This document shows positions 10,475 to 20,880 of a stretch of 54,906 bases of DNA, in pieces (within the stretch, counting starts at the first letter, position 1; each line of letters begins with the position of its first letter). The stretch spans positions 4,787,467-4,842,372 of the forward strand of contig NC_068986.1 in assembly GCF_001194135.2 (NCBI RefSeq). The letters run 5' to 3'. Position numbers and translations under genes: made by a program. The DNA is from Octopus bimaculoides (lineage: Eukaryota). The notes beneath the pieces are model-generated. The model did no database searches and was not told the DNA's origin. It worked only from the letters and a program-made list of their open reading frames with translations.

Positions 10475-11392
10475 ATGTGTTTACCACTTGAAGAAGTATT
10501 GAAGCAGCTTGCTCCAGAAAGAATACTCAAATTTTTGAAAGGCAACGGCATTATTGCCACATGTAAAACGTGTGTTTGCACACACAATATGACTTTGAAG
10601 AAGTCGACCAGATTGCTGGATGGATTTGTGTGGCGGTGTGGAAATTGTAAGAAAAATATTTCAATAAGGACAAAGACTTTTATGGAAAAGTCAAAGTTGT
10701 CCTTACAGAAAATATTTCACATTGTCTTCCATTTCGTGTTCGAGGCACCTATATCTACTGCGGCTTTATACACTGGAGTAGATAATAAAACTGCGATCCA
10801 GTGGTATGAGTTTTGTTGAGAAGTGTGTTCGGGGAAGATGCTTCGAGACAAAGCTCCGCTCGGTGGTCCAGGTCATGAGGTGGAAATAGATGAGAGCTTG
10901 CTCTTTAAAAGGAAGAGCCATGTAGGGAGAATAGGCCATCAAACGTGGGTTGTCAGGTGCTATGATACCACAGTGAAAAAAGGGTTCCTTCAACATGTAC
11001 CTGATAGAAGCGCAGAAACACTTGTAACCGTTATAATTGAAAATGTGTTACCGGGTACTATAGTACATACGGACAAATGGGCCAGCTATAGGAATCTACA
11101 ACAGCTGGGTTATATACACAAAACGGTTAACCACTCAATGAATTTCGTCGACCCTGAAACTGGTGCTTGTACGAATCACATTGAGGCCTATTGGTCCCGA
11201 ATTAAAAGACGGCTGAAGTATGTGACTGGATCATCGGGCGACATGAAATGGTCCCGCGTCGATGAGTCAATGTATCGAGAAATGTATGGATTTACTGTGA
11301 AGAAAAGCTTTGAGAATTTCTATACATTTCTCGAACACATTGCGGNNNNNNNNNNAAAAATTTTTTTCAGAATAGGAATCTCCATAGCCTAA
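10475..11392 (+). pseudogene. Merlin / IS1595 (ISXO2-like) family DDE transposase, one in-frame stop, C-terminus interrupted by a 10-N gap
   Basis: ATG at 10475 (MCLPLEEV). N-terminal CxxC...DGFVWRCGNC zinc-binding segment; VEIDES, TIVHTDKWASY and NFVDPETGACTNHIEAYWSRIK catalytic motifs typical of DDE_Tnp_IS1595. A single TGA at 10817-10819 (WYEFC*EVC) splits the two listed ORFs, which are in the same frame. Confidence 0.9.
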
Positions 11393-11474
11393 AACGTAGG
11401 GTTCCATTAAAAAAAAAAATTTTTAATAAGGTGGGGGGATGTTCTGATTACATATAGTCCATCTGGACCGTTTC

Positions 11475-11781
11475 GTCAAACAAACAGCTGAAAAATAAAG
11501 CAAAATGCAATAGAATAGAATGAAATTGAAATATATAATAAAATAAAAAATTAAAAATGCAGACTCTCTACGTAAGAAATATGCTACAAAACTGTGTTTT
11601 TGAAAAAATGGGGAAATATGATTAAATGAAGGCACAAATGAAGCTGAAGTTGCGGTTCTGATGAACGAAAAATCAGCAATGAGAACAAAACTGTTTTCAA
11701 ACACAGACAACGTTACGCGGTCGTTTTCAATGAAGAGTAACTTTACATTTTCAGCCTCGGAAATCCCCCACACACACATTG
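11475..11781. repeat. Right copy of duplicated modules in permuted order B (about 11475-11605), A (about 11608-11741), C (about 11741-11781)
   Basis: Matches 9956-10257 with scattered substitutions and an AT-rich insertion in B. Confidence 0.85.
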
Positions 11782-12676
11782 ATCTTTTCACCATCTATTT
11801 TTCAATGTACGGGTAAAATACGGAGATTAAGAATATGGAAAACATTTTTTCACTCTTCGTAAGAAATATAACAGTCAAGTAAAGAATTTAAACAAAAAAG
11901 CAAACAAAAATTAAGAAACCAAATGTGCTAGTTGCTAATTACATCGTCATTAGGTTTTATTTTCTAATGGAATTAACCAACATACAGAGATGAAAAATAT
12001 GAAAAACATTTTTAAATCTCAAATTTACCATGAAAAGGTACAGGTAAATTTTTAGATAACACTTGCACGATTTTCACTGAGAAAAATATAAATGGGACAC
12101 TGACAAATTGTTACATACCTCGTTGCTTCATTGATGTTAAATAANNNNNNNNNNNNNNNNNNNNNNNNNNNNNNNNNNNNNNNNNNNNNNNNNNNNNNNN
12201 NNNNNNNNNNNNNNNNNNNNNNNNNNNNNNNNNNNNNNNNNNNNNNNNNNNNNNNNNNNNNNNNNNNNNNNNNNNNNNNNNNNNNNNNNNNNNNNNNNNN
12301 NNNNNNNNNNNNNNNNNNNNNNNNNNNNNNNNNNNNNNNNNNNNNNNNNNNNNNNNNNNNNNNNNNNNNNNNNNNNNNNNNNNNNNNNNNNNNNNNNNNN
12401 NNNNNNNNNNNNNNNNNNNNNNNNNNNNNNNNNNNNNNNNNNNNNNNNNNNNNNNNNNNNNNNNNNNNNNNNNNNNNNNNNNNNNNNNNNNNNNNNNNNN
12501 NNNNNNNNNNNNNNNNNNNNNNNNNNNNNNNNNNNNNNNNNNNNNNNNNNNNNNNNNNNNNNNNNNNNNNNNNNNNNNNNNNNNNNNNNNNNNNNNNNNN
12601 NNNNNNNNNNNNNNNNNNNNNNNNNNNNNNNNNNNNNNNNNNNNNNNNNNNNNNNNNNNNNNNNNNNNNNNNNNNN

Positions 12677-12711
<35 letters not shown>

Positions 12712-12715
<4 letters not shown>

Positions 12716-12880
12716 GAGAATATACAAATAATAACAACAGACGAGGACAGGTGGTGTAAATAACAAAAGTATATATTAGTATGACGCTCGGGAATACGGA
12801 AAGTCTTTGACGTTTCGAGCTACGCTCCTCAACAGAAAGAATACGGAGACAAGGAGTTACAAAAGTGGAAAAGTTCAAAA
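12712..12880 (-). mobile_element. Probable Penelope-like element terminal (pLTR) fragment abutting (TA)n
   Basis: Minus strand ctgttgaggagcgtagctcgaaacgtcaaagac resembles the TGAnGA...GAAAC motifs found at PLE ends. Confidence 0.45.
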
Positions 12881-12914
12881 GTTTTTAACACTGCAGAGTT
12901 ATATATTTTGGTAT

Positions 12915-13290
12915 AGGCATGGCTTTGTGGTTAAGAAGTTGCTTCCCAACCATTCGTTTTGGATTCAGTCCCTCTGACTGACACCTAAGACAAATATCTT
13001 CTACTATAAACCCAGGCTGACCAAAGTCTTGCAGGTGGATTTTGGTGGACAGAAACTGAAAAAATTTATCGTGCGCTTATGTGTGTGAGTGTCTCTTTGT
13101 TGTAACATCTTGTGACTGTTGTAAATGGATATCATTTGCAACCTTCCATGGAAACATCTGGCTCTGGAGTGATATTAGTTTACTTGGAAACAGGAAGATC
13201 ATCTGACCATAGAAGATTTATTTCAACAAATTCCACCCCACCCATGCAAGCATGAAAAAGTAGATGCTGAAACAATGATGATGATGTTTA
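12915..13290 (+). mobile_element. tRNA-derived SINE (head, core, (TG)n and tail type 3); a second head/core copy follows at about 13305-13445
   Basis: ggctttgtggttaagaagttgcttcccaacc...ggattcagtccc (B-box-like), core gtggattttggtggacagaaactgaa, tail ending in atgatgatgatg. Confidence 0.7.
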
Positions 13291-13638
13291 TATATGCATG
13301 ACTGTGTGGTGAGAAGCTTCCTTCTCAAGTACATGGTTCTAGGTAACTGTTTTCTACTATGGCCTCAGGTTGACCAATTGAGTGGATTTGGTTGACAGAA
13401 ACTGAAGGAAGCCCATACTATATATAAATGTGTGTGTGTTTGTGTCTGTATTCATTCTCTTCATTCTCGGTGGCACCTATTCCTTCTGCCAGCCAGCACA
13501 GTTGTGCATTATGTAATAGATTGTTCAAAACTTTTGCCAGGTTCAAGAGTCATGCAAGATCCCCACATTGCATCATCATTGACTCATCTTAATGATTCTT
13601 TCTAGCAATGGCTTTGCTCATATACAAGAAAGCAGCAA

Positions 13639-13679
<41 letters not shown>

Positions 13680-13685
<6 letters not shown>

Positions 13686-14090
13686 TTTAAAAGCAGCAGA
13701 AATATAACAAAAAAACCGTTACTCTGAGTTTCACGTTCCCGTTCATCGGACAGTTTTGTTAGAAATGGAGAAAGGATAACAATGCAATCGAAAGTAATAT
13801 AAAATTTAAAATTTAAAACACATGGATTCGTTTGATTGGTTATTTCAAATAAGGGCCATAGATTGGTCGTTTCAATTAACGGTCAATGATGTGTAATTCA
13901 CAGATCAAATAAATTTAATACAGATTCACCCTATTAAAATATATCGAAGAAAACCTTATATATGTATATATATAAATGAGGATAAGATCAATACCTAAAA
14001 TATCGATTTTATCAAATGACCAGTATGGGAATAAAAACCATCAAAGGTAATAATTATTTAAAATTATAATTTAGGGTATCTAAGAGACAC
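13680..14090 (-). mobile_element. Penelope-like pLTR remnant ending in a hammerhead motif, an AATAAA and (TA)n
   Basis: On the minus strand the hammerhead fold (13706-13760) is followed within about 25 nt by ttaaataaaaaaaa and then the (TA)n tract. This is the arrangement known for PLE termini. The left boundary is approximate. Confidence 0.55.
13706..13760 (-). ncRNA. Minimal type I hammerhead ribozyme fold with U4C core variant (CCGAUGA)
   Basis: Minus strand AACAAAACTGT-CCGATGA-ACG GGAA CGT-GAA-ACTC A GAGT-A-ACGGTTTT. Stem I is AAAACUGU/ACGGUUUU (8 bp, one GU), stem II is ACG/CGU with a GGAA loop, stem III is the palindrome ACUC-A-GAGU, and the cleavage triplet is GUA. Confidence 0.75.
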
Positions 14091-14109
14091 TGCCACGCTG
14101 AAATAGCAG

Positions 14110-14660
14110 CCAAAGCTTGACTCTGAGGGTATATTCCCAAGCAGATTTTGAAAATGATCCCTCCACTTTTCTAAGCATTCCTGTGGATTTTTAGCTCTAA
14201 TTTTTAATTTCTGGAATTTTTGCATCCACTTATTTCATTTACTGTCTGCTAGACTAGTGACGTCTACTTGTTTGTTGCAGCATGTTTAATTTGATTTATT
14301 TTACTTTGGATGTAGCTTTGTTGTTGAGATTGATGTAGGTCTACTAGTTCTTTTGGTAACCTTTTGAAAATGGCTTCATTTGGATGTATAATTTTAGCTT
14401 GAACTACTTCTTTGAGGTGTTTTCCCAGGGCAGCTGTTTATTAATTCTTGGTTTTATGAGCATGATCTCTTTTGCGACTTCTGTGTAGAACATTACAAAA
14501 TTATTGTATGCTGTGTTGGAGAAGTTTTCTTTATCTTCATTTTGTCATAGCTCAAATCTGTTTCTTACTGCTATGGTATATTGATTGCGGATTTCTCTGT
14601 TGCTGGTTAAAACTGACCAGTCATATGTGGGCCTAGAGGCTTGTGTGGCTTTATTTTAGC
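14110..14660 (-). mobile_element. RTE-like LINE ORF2 fragment (linker between endonuclease and RT), degraded
   Basis: Minus translation YDWSVLTSNREIRNQYTIAVRNRFEL...QSYIQSKINQIKHA...QTVNEISG...LEKWRDHFQNLLG, with stops and frameshifts. Confidence 0.7.
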
Positions 14661-15118
14661 TCTAAGGTTAAGGCAAAATTTTGATCTGACAGTTTCGTGG
14701 TCACAGCTTGTTCCTTCTTTCCTTCTCTTTCACTCAATTTAATGGTATTGTGATGATAACTTTCATCCATCAGTCCCCAGTTTTTTTAAGATAGGGGAAT
14801 GACCTGTAGATATACAGGTTAGCTGGAAATCTTTAATAAGCAGTCCTGGATAAAATCATGTGGTACTTTTTGACAAGGTAGAGCACCTGCTAGCCTCCCT
14901 GCCAGGGTTATAGTGAAATCCTGAAGCCCTGAAAAGAGCAGAAACCCCACTATCATTGGAAAGTAGGATGGTGGTTGAGAATGAAATGCAAGACTGCAAT
15001 ATATAAAAAAATACTTTGTCTTTGGATTTCTTCCCATTTTACAGAACAAATTACACTTTTATGTCAATTTGCTTGGCACTGCAATCATCTATGGAAAATA
15101 GCAAATGAAAGACAATCC

Positions 15119-15312
15119 ATACACACACACACACACACACATACATGCATGCATGTGAGTGTGTATTATGTATGTATATATGTGTATTATGTATGTATAT
15201 ATGTGTATATGTATGTATGTATGTATGTATGTGTGTGCGTGTACATGTGTGTGCGTGTGCATGTGTACATGTGCGTGCGTGCGCGTGCACACACACGCAT
15301 GCATGTGCATAT
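15119..15312. repeat. (CA)/(TA)/(TG) compound microsatellite
   Basis: Directly visible. Confidence 0.9.
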
Positions 15313-15987
15313 GATTTTAACAAAGGAACAGTTAACTATGACTTCAAGATTTCAGCTCAGTATTCCTCATCCAATGTCTGATTTCATTGTTTTTACCCCT
15401 GCTTGTTTTATTACCTTGTAGCAGCTGTATACCTTCATTATTAATGTGTTTGCTTTTGAAATTTTCTCTCATTGAGAATTTTTTTTTTTTTTAATCTTCT
15501 GACAAAAATGGCCTTATCTTTATATGAAAACCAGAAACCCTCAGACAAATCTTCCGCTTTTAAAATTTGTGGTGGTCCTCAGTATGGAGCTGTTCCATCT
15601 CCTTAAAGTCTCTGCCATTAGATATTTCTTCACCATGTAATTCCACTACATTTTCAAACATTTTGTTCATTCCAACCCACCATGTCAGCTTAACATGATG
15701 TTCCTGATTGGAAATTTGTGTTGGTTCCTCAAAACCTACAAAGTTTGCATAGCAATTAGGACAGATTTTACTCCAATTCATTATGGTTGATTGTCTTTTA
15801 CCTCTCCCTATGCCTCTGTCAAATTTTCAATTTCAATCACAATATGGTAACTATGCCAAAATTTCTTTACAGCTAGTTTTGTTTCACTATCTAAGAACTA
15901 ATCAGTTATTTAAAAGTGCACCATAAAAAGTAAGCTTTAGATGCTGCAAATAACTCCTTGCTCATTAGCTGCATAACATTGGTTATA

Positions 15988-16398
15988 CAGGGTGGGCCAA
16001 AAGTCACACACCACGATTAAAACTCAGTATGTATATTGCACATAATAATGATGATGATAAGGATATACACCATAAAAAGAAAAAAATGAACTAAACAGAA
16101 CAGGAGATACGTGGGATGGAAGTCACTGAAGAGGTCACAGATATGTGACAAAAGATTTCCAGACAATGGACACAAAATAAAATAAGAACAATAATAAACA
16201 AGTGAAGAACGAATATATAGTGTGTGTGTTTATTTGTCAAAAAGAAAAATAAAACAAAAAATGGCTATCCTGAAATATAACAATATCTGTTTCAACACAC
16301 GATTTCACTTCAGGAATCTTGCAAAACAAATTTATGAAAAAAATAATAATGTAATTTAAAACGTCAACTGTTTTGGTGCGTAACTTTGGCCCAACCAG
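15988..16398. mobile_element. Tc1/mariner-type MITE inserted in the pogo relic
   Basis: Imperfect TIRs: left CAGGGTGGGCCAAAAGTCACACACCA, right reverse complement CTGGTTGGGCCAAAGTTACGCACCA. TA duplicated at 15986-15987 and 16399-16400. Confidence 0.8.
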
Positions 16399-16660
16399 TA
16401 TTTGGAAGTAGAAAAGCTACCTGAACATCATATATCAATTCATTCAGTAGTAGTGGAAAACATGGAGTACTGTTCACATGAATTAAGACATTATTTTTTA
16501 AGGTTCTTAACCAGTACATACATTATTTAGCAGCAGGGCAGAAACACAAATGCCCCCTTTATTTGATCACTCTATAACAGGAAGACAAGATTTACAGTAG
16601 CTTTCCATAGCTATTGATACCTCAGTATGATAAACAGTCAGCAGTTTTAGTTTTCCTAAA

Positions 16661-16900
16661 ATTGACATTAAAAAATGCAGGATACTGATTTTGACATCAA
16701 CTGGAAAATCTTGGAGCAGAGTAGATTATATCAATGATACAAAAGGATGCAATTTATGTTTAGTTGAAAAAAGACCCATATTGAATAATATCAATTACTT
16801 ATCTAAATATAATCAGAATTCCTTATGAAATACTGCCACTTCAGTAACTATTTGCTAAAAGTATGGAAATAAACACTAGGACTAGATCATCAAAAACATA
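16661..16900 (+). repeat. 240-bp direct duplicate of 18398-18637
   Basis: Identical by eye except 2 substitutions (aatttatgtt vs aagttacgtt). Confidence 0.95.
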
Positions 16901-17849
16901 GAATCTTTGGCAGCCCTGAACTTTAGTGCAATTTTTTTCTTCTTTAGAAAGGTAAACTGGTTTTGGCATTTGTTTCCAAAATAAGTTTGTCTTACCAACA
17001 TTAAAACTGTGCTGCATTGTGTATCCTCCTCCATCAATAATATTATTCAGTAAAGCTAGAAAAGCAGCTACAGCTTCTTTGTTGGAACTTACAAACTCAC
17101 TTGTTATCTATATGTTATGCTATTTTGAAGGATTGTTGAAATGCTCAAGCCAACCACAACTTGACACAAAGCTTTCACTTTCAATGCTAGAAAATTCTTT
17201 TTTTTTTTCCTCCCTTCAGAAATTATTAACTTGCAAGATATTTCATGAAAGGAGAAGTAAAAATGATTCTGGAATCTCCAGAGTATAGTTTGTAACTGAG
17301 AGATGTTTCAGAGGAATGGTAATTCTTTGAGGAAAATAACTTTCCATTTAAAAGTAGTGGTGCAAGGTAGTGTAAGATTTATGCAGACATAATCAGCTGA
17401 AAAAGACAAGAGTGTAGCAATGTCACACATACTGCATCATACAGAAATCAAAGAGAAAACAGTCATAGATGTGTGTGTGTGTATTTGTATGTATGCATGT
17501 ATGTGTGTATGGAAGTATGTGCATGCACACATGCACATACACTTTCTGCTCAGTTGGAAACAGTATTCAATATATGTAGAAAGGAAGGACTGTAGTAACA
17601 CTAATTATGGGTGCTGTTATTGGATTTTAAGCACCCTAAAGTGAATTTTTTCTAATAACTGCTTAATGATATCAGTTGATCAAAGGTTCTACATGTACTG
17701 TATTATATATGTCAGATCCTACCAAAGTTATATTCAGTATGCAGAATACTGCTCTGATGTATTTTCCTCAGCTATATTGTTGAGGGATGTGGAACATAGT
17801 GGGGGAGATTTCATTTTAGGAGTAGCATAAACTTATCATACATTAATAC

Positions 17850-18637
17850 CATACATCAATATCAGCTCTTGCCACCAGTAACATTATCATAAACACCAAC
17901 TTCTCAACTAACAAATAAGTCTTCAACAATATTACTTTAGCTGCAAGCAGATTTATGCATAGTATTACTTACACCTTAAAATCACAGTTCACCAACACCG
18001 AGAACAGACCCTGCAAAATCATTTAGTTTAGACACACCTTTTTTCCAGAAATTCTAAGTCAAATGTTATCAAAATGTTTTCCATTAACCAGCATTATAGA
18101 AAACTGCTCAAGAAGAACTGCCTAATATGAGTTAACTCATTATTAGAATATTATAACAAAAGCTAACTAAATAAACAGTTCACATGCAGAAACACCAATG
18201 CATGGTCACTCAATTAGTCATGCAATGCTAAGATGACAATATATGATGGAGCATCCAATTCTACAAAACAGAACCCTACCACAAAGTATAAACACTACAT
18301 TGACATGGTTGATGGTAAGTGTAAGCATCGTTACTTCACCCACACATCACCCTTTAGATGCAGAGTGATTAGGGACACAACAAATTTATTGAATATCATT
18401 GACATTAAAAAATGCAGGATACTGATTTTGACATCAACTGGAAAATCTTGGAGCAGAGTAGATTATATCAATGATACAAAAGGATGCAAGTTACGTTTAG
18501 TTGAAAAAAGACCCATATTGAATAATATCAATTACTTATCTAAATATAATCAGAATTCCTTATGAAATACTGCCACTTCAGTAACTATTTGCTAAAAGTA
18601 TGGAAATAAACACTAGGACTAGATCATCAAAAACATA
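17850..18637 (+). mobile_element. Penelope-like retroelement relic (RT C-terminal region plus GIY-YIG endonuclease)
   Basis: KII*FRHTFF...KCFSINQHYRKLLKKN resembles PLE IIWFNPP...KHFP. IYDGAS...HYIDMVDGKCKHRYFTHTSPFR is GIY-YIG-like. DFDINWKILEQ...Y...KGCKL.LVEK matches the PLE endonuclease C-terminus. The left boundary is approximate. Confidence 0.65.
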
Positions 18638-19199
18638 TTTTGTTTATAGTTTTTGATTGCATCCTTTTATTCATTTGTTTTCTATATTATTTTCTCCACA
18701 ATATTTTCCTGCTTGCCAGTGCCCATTATTTCTTTTCACAACCCTTTTCTCTATTTTCTCAAACCACAAAAACCTCAGAAATTTTTCAATGCCTATTTAC
18801 TGGTCCTATTTGGTCCTCTCTAAACATTTTGCTAATCTTTCTCTGTTTTCAAATAGTCAGACTATTATCAATACAGAGAAACAACTCATCACTGCCAGGT
18901 TTTAAATAGATTGAGCCCCCTATAAGAGCTCAAACAGAATGCGCATGACAGGCATCAATGCCAATATCTAGCAGTTTGATATTTGTAAGAAAATGTACAA
19001 AAATGGAGCTGCTAGACAATATAAGACCAATAACATTCCACCTCCATTGAAGCAAGAAAGCTTGCCTGGCTTTTTAATTCAGGCATAAAACTATTAATAA
19101 TGTAATGTTAATCTATACATGGGCTATATCACGTTATATATATATGCCTATTCTCACCTGTATTGAGTATGCTTTGTTCATGTAAACCCATATATATCA

Positions 19200-19350
19200 T
19201 CTTCATCATCATCATTTAATGTCTGTCATCCATGGTGGCATGAGTTGGATAGTTTGACATGATCCAATGAGCCACGGTCTACATGAAGCCTCAATGACTA
19301 CTTTGGCATGATTTCTACAGTCGGATGCCCTTCCTAATGACAACCACTTT
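19200..19350 (-). mobile_element. RTE-type 3' tail repeat ending in (GAT)n
   Basis: catcatcatttaatgtc...ggatgcccttcctaatg...caaccac, the same motif as the other tail copies. Confidence 0.65.
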
Positions 19351-20479
19351 ACAGAGTGAACTAAGTATCTTTTCTTTGACATCAGTATAAGTGAAGTCAC
19401 CAAATAACTTGCAGTACAAAGAAGGAGGAGGAGAAGGGGAAGAGAAGTAGAAGTCCCCTCAACTGAATGGGGTTGCAGTAGGGGAGATAATGACTTTATG
19501 CCAGATATTGAGAGACTAAAGTATGGTTGATGAATAAGTACAGGTGTCATGTTATAAAGAAGATATACAGCTAAATATAGGAGTAGATTGCAGTAGCTGG
19601 AAAGAAGACAGAGATGCTGGTGTCAGAGGTGTCAGAGCATACTGTCAAGGTACAAGGTGAGTGTGAGAGAGTATACGAACTGACATTGGGGAGGCAGGAG
19701 TGGATCAGTTCTTAGCAGTGTGAGAGGGAAATGACAGATGATTAGGGACTGGAGATGTTGATGTGAATGATACAAGGTTGGTGTGGTCAATGGTAAATAT
19801 CATTGTGTGGGAAATGATAAAAGAAATAGCTAAGGAAGGAGGAGGTGATAAGTGGTAGTACAGGGAAGGGGTGGAGAGTAGCAGTATAATAAGCCTGTAG
19901 ATAGATCAGAAAATAAGGAAAGCCAGTCAATGGAGCAAAAGAAAAGGGAGAGAGAAAGAAGTACAGGGACTGAGATAAAGGTCAGAAGGATGTAGTGATG
20001 GCTATAATGAGTGGTAGACAAAGGAGAGGGGGGAATTAACTTCAGATATGAGGGGGTGACAAGAGTAAAAGCAAGTATGAGAGTGAGTGAGAGATGAGAT
20101 ATGGCAGTCCTAAGATGTAGATCAGTGGAAAGGGAGAGATATGTGGAGGCAGAGAAAGGGGTGAGCAGTAGGAAATAAATGTGAATGGATGATATTGAGA
20201 GTTAGGAACAGAAATTTAAGGAACCAATTCCAGGGAGATGGGGAGGTAACTAGTAGCAAAAGGGGAACAGATATCTGTAGATCCTGCTGTCATATGATTA
20301 CAGCAGCTGAATAGTGCCAATGTTAGAAAATAGATGGAGAGATGGATATTATTAAGATGAGAAATGGGAAAAGCTTGGTGGGGACAAGTAGAATGCAAGA
20401 GCAAATTATTGGCATAATCTCAATGTTTTCAAACTTTACTTTGATGATGGTTAGGTCTTACTGAGCACAACAAAATACC

Positions 20480-20880
20480 AATCATCCTGGTCTTTTGTCA
20501 ACTCCTTTATGATGTTTAACATCTTGATATTAGCCTTTGCTACATGTTATGTCTTCCTGGGTCTCCCTCTTTTGCAAGTTCCACCCACTTTAAGTGACCA
20601 GCATTTCCCTATACAGCTGTTATTATCCATATGTATCACAGGTCCAAACCAGCACAGTTTTCTCCTTTGCACACTACAACTGATTCATCTTATGCCCCAT
20701 TTTTTTCACTCAACACATTTGCACTGTCAAACATACCCAACACATCCATCAAAGAATACTGGCTTCATTTCTTTCTAGTCTTCACATGTCCTCAGCATTC
20801 AGGGCTTATATCTCAGTACCAAGTAACATTATTGTTCATATACATGCATCATACAATTTACTTTTCCCTCAAGGAGAAAC
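20480..20880 (-). mobile_element. RTE LINE 3' coding-end fragment, degraded
   Basis: gtcttcctgggtctccctctt...ggtccaaaccagc corresponds to the reverse strand of RTE WFGHV...GRGRPRKTW, as at 23.0 and 27.6 kb. Confidence 0.55.

Larger units (their letters stand above)
15550..17290 (-). pseudogene. pogo/Tigger-family transposase relic split by two nested insertions
   Basis: Collinear minus-strand remnants: SFVSSCGWLEHF...HNI...IIDGGGYTMQHSFNVGKTNLFWKQMPKPVYLSKEEK...KD (about 16900-17200); VYHTE...KSCLPV..SNK...ALLLNN (16400-16660); KAYFLWCTFK...KFWHSYHI (15800-15980); WSKICP...FVGFEE...LHGEEISN (15560-15780). Confidence 0.8.

Noticed and set aside
10234-11440. atcccccac (about 10233) and gtggggggat (about 11431) as Merlin TIRs
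   Set aside because: Only about 10 bp match, the left copy belongs to module C (also present at 11763 in the same orientation), and there is no TSD.
19560-20400. Purine-rich (GA-rich) ~850-bp tract as a gene or PLE LTR
   Set aside because: Low-complexity strand bias without identifiable motifs, so it is left unassigned.
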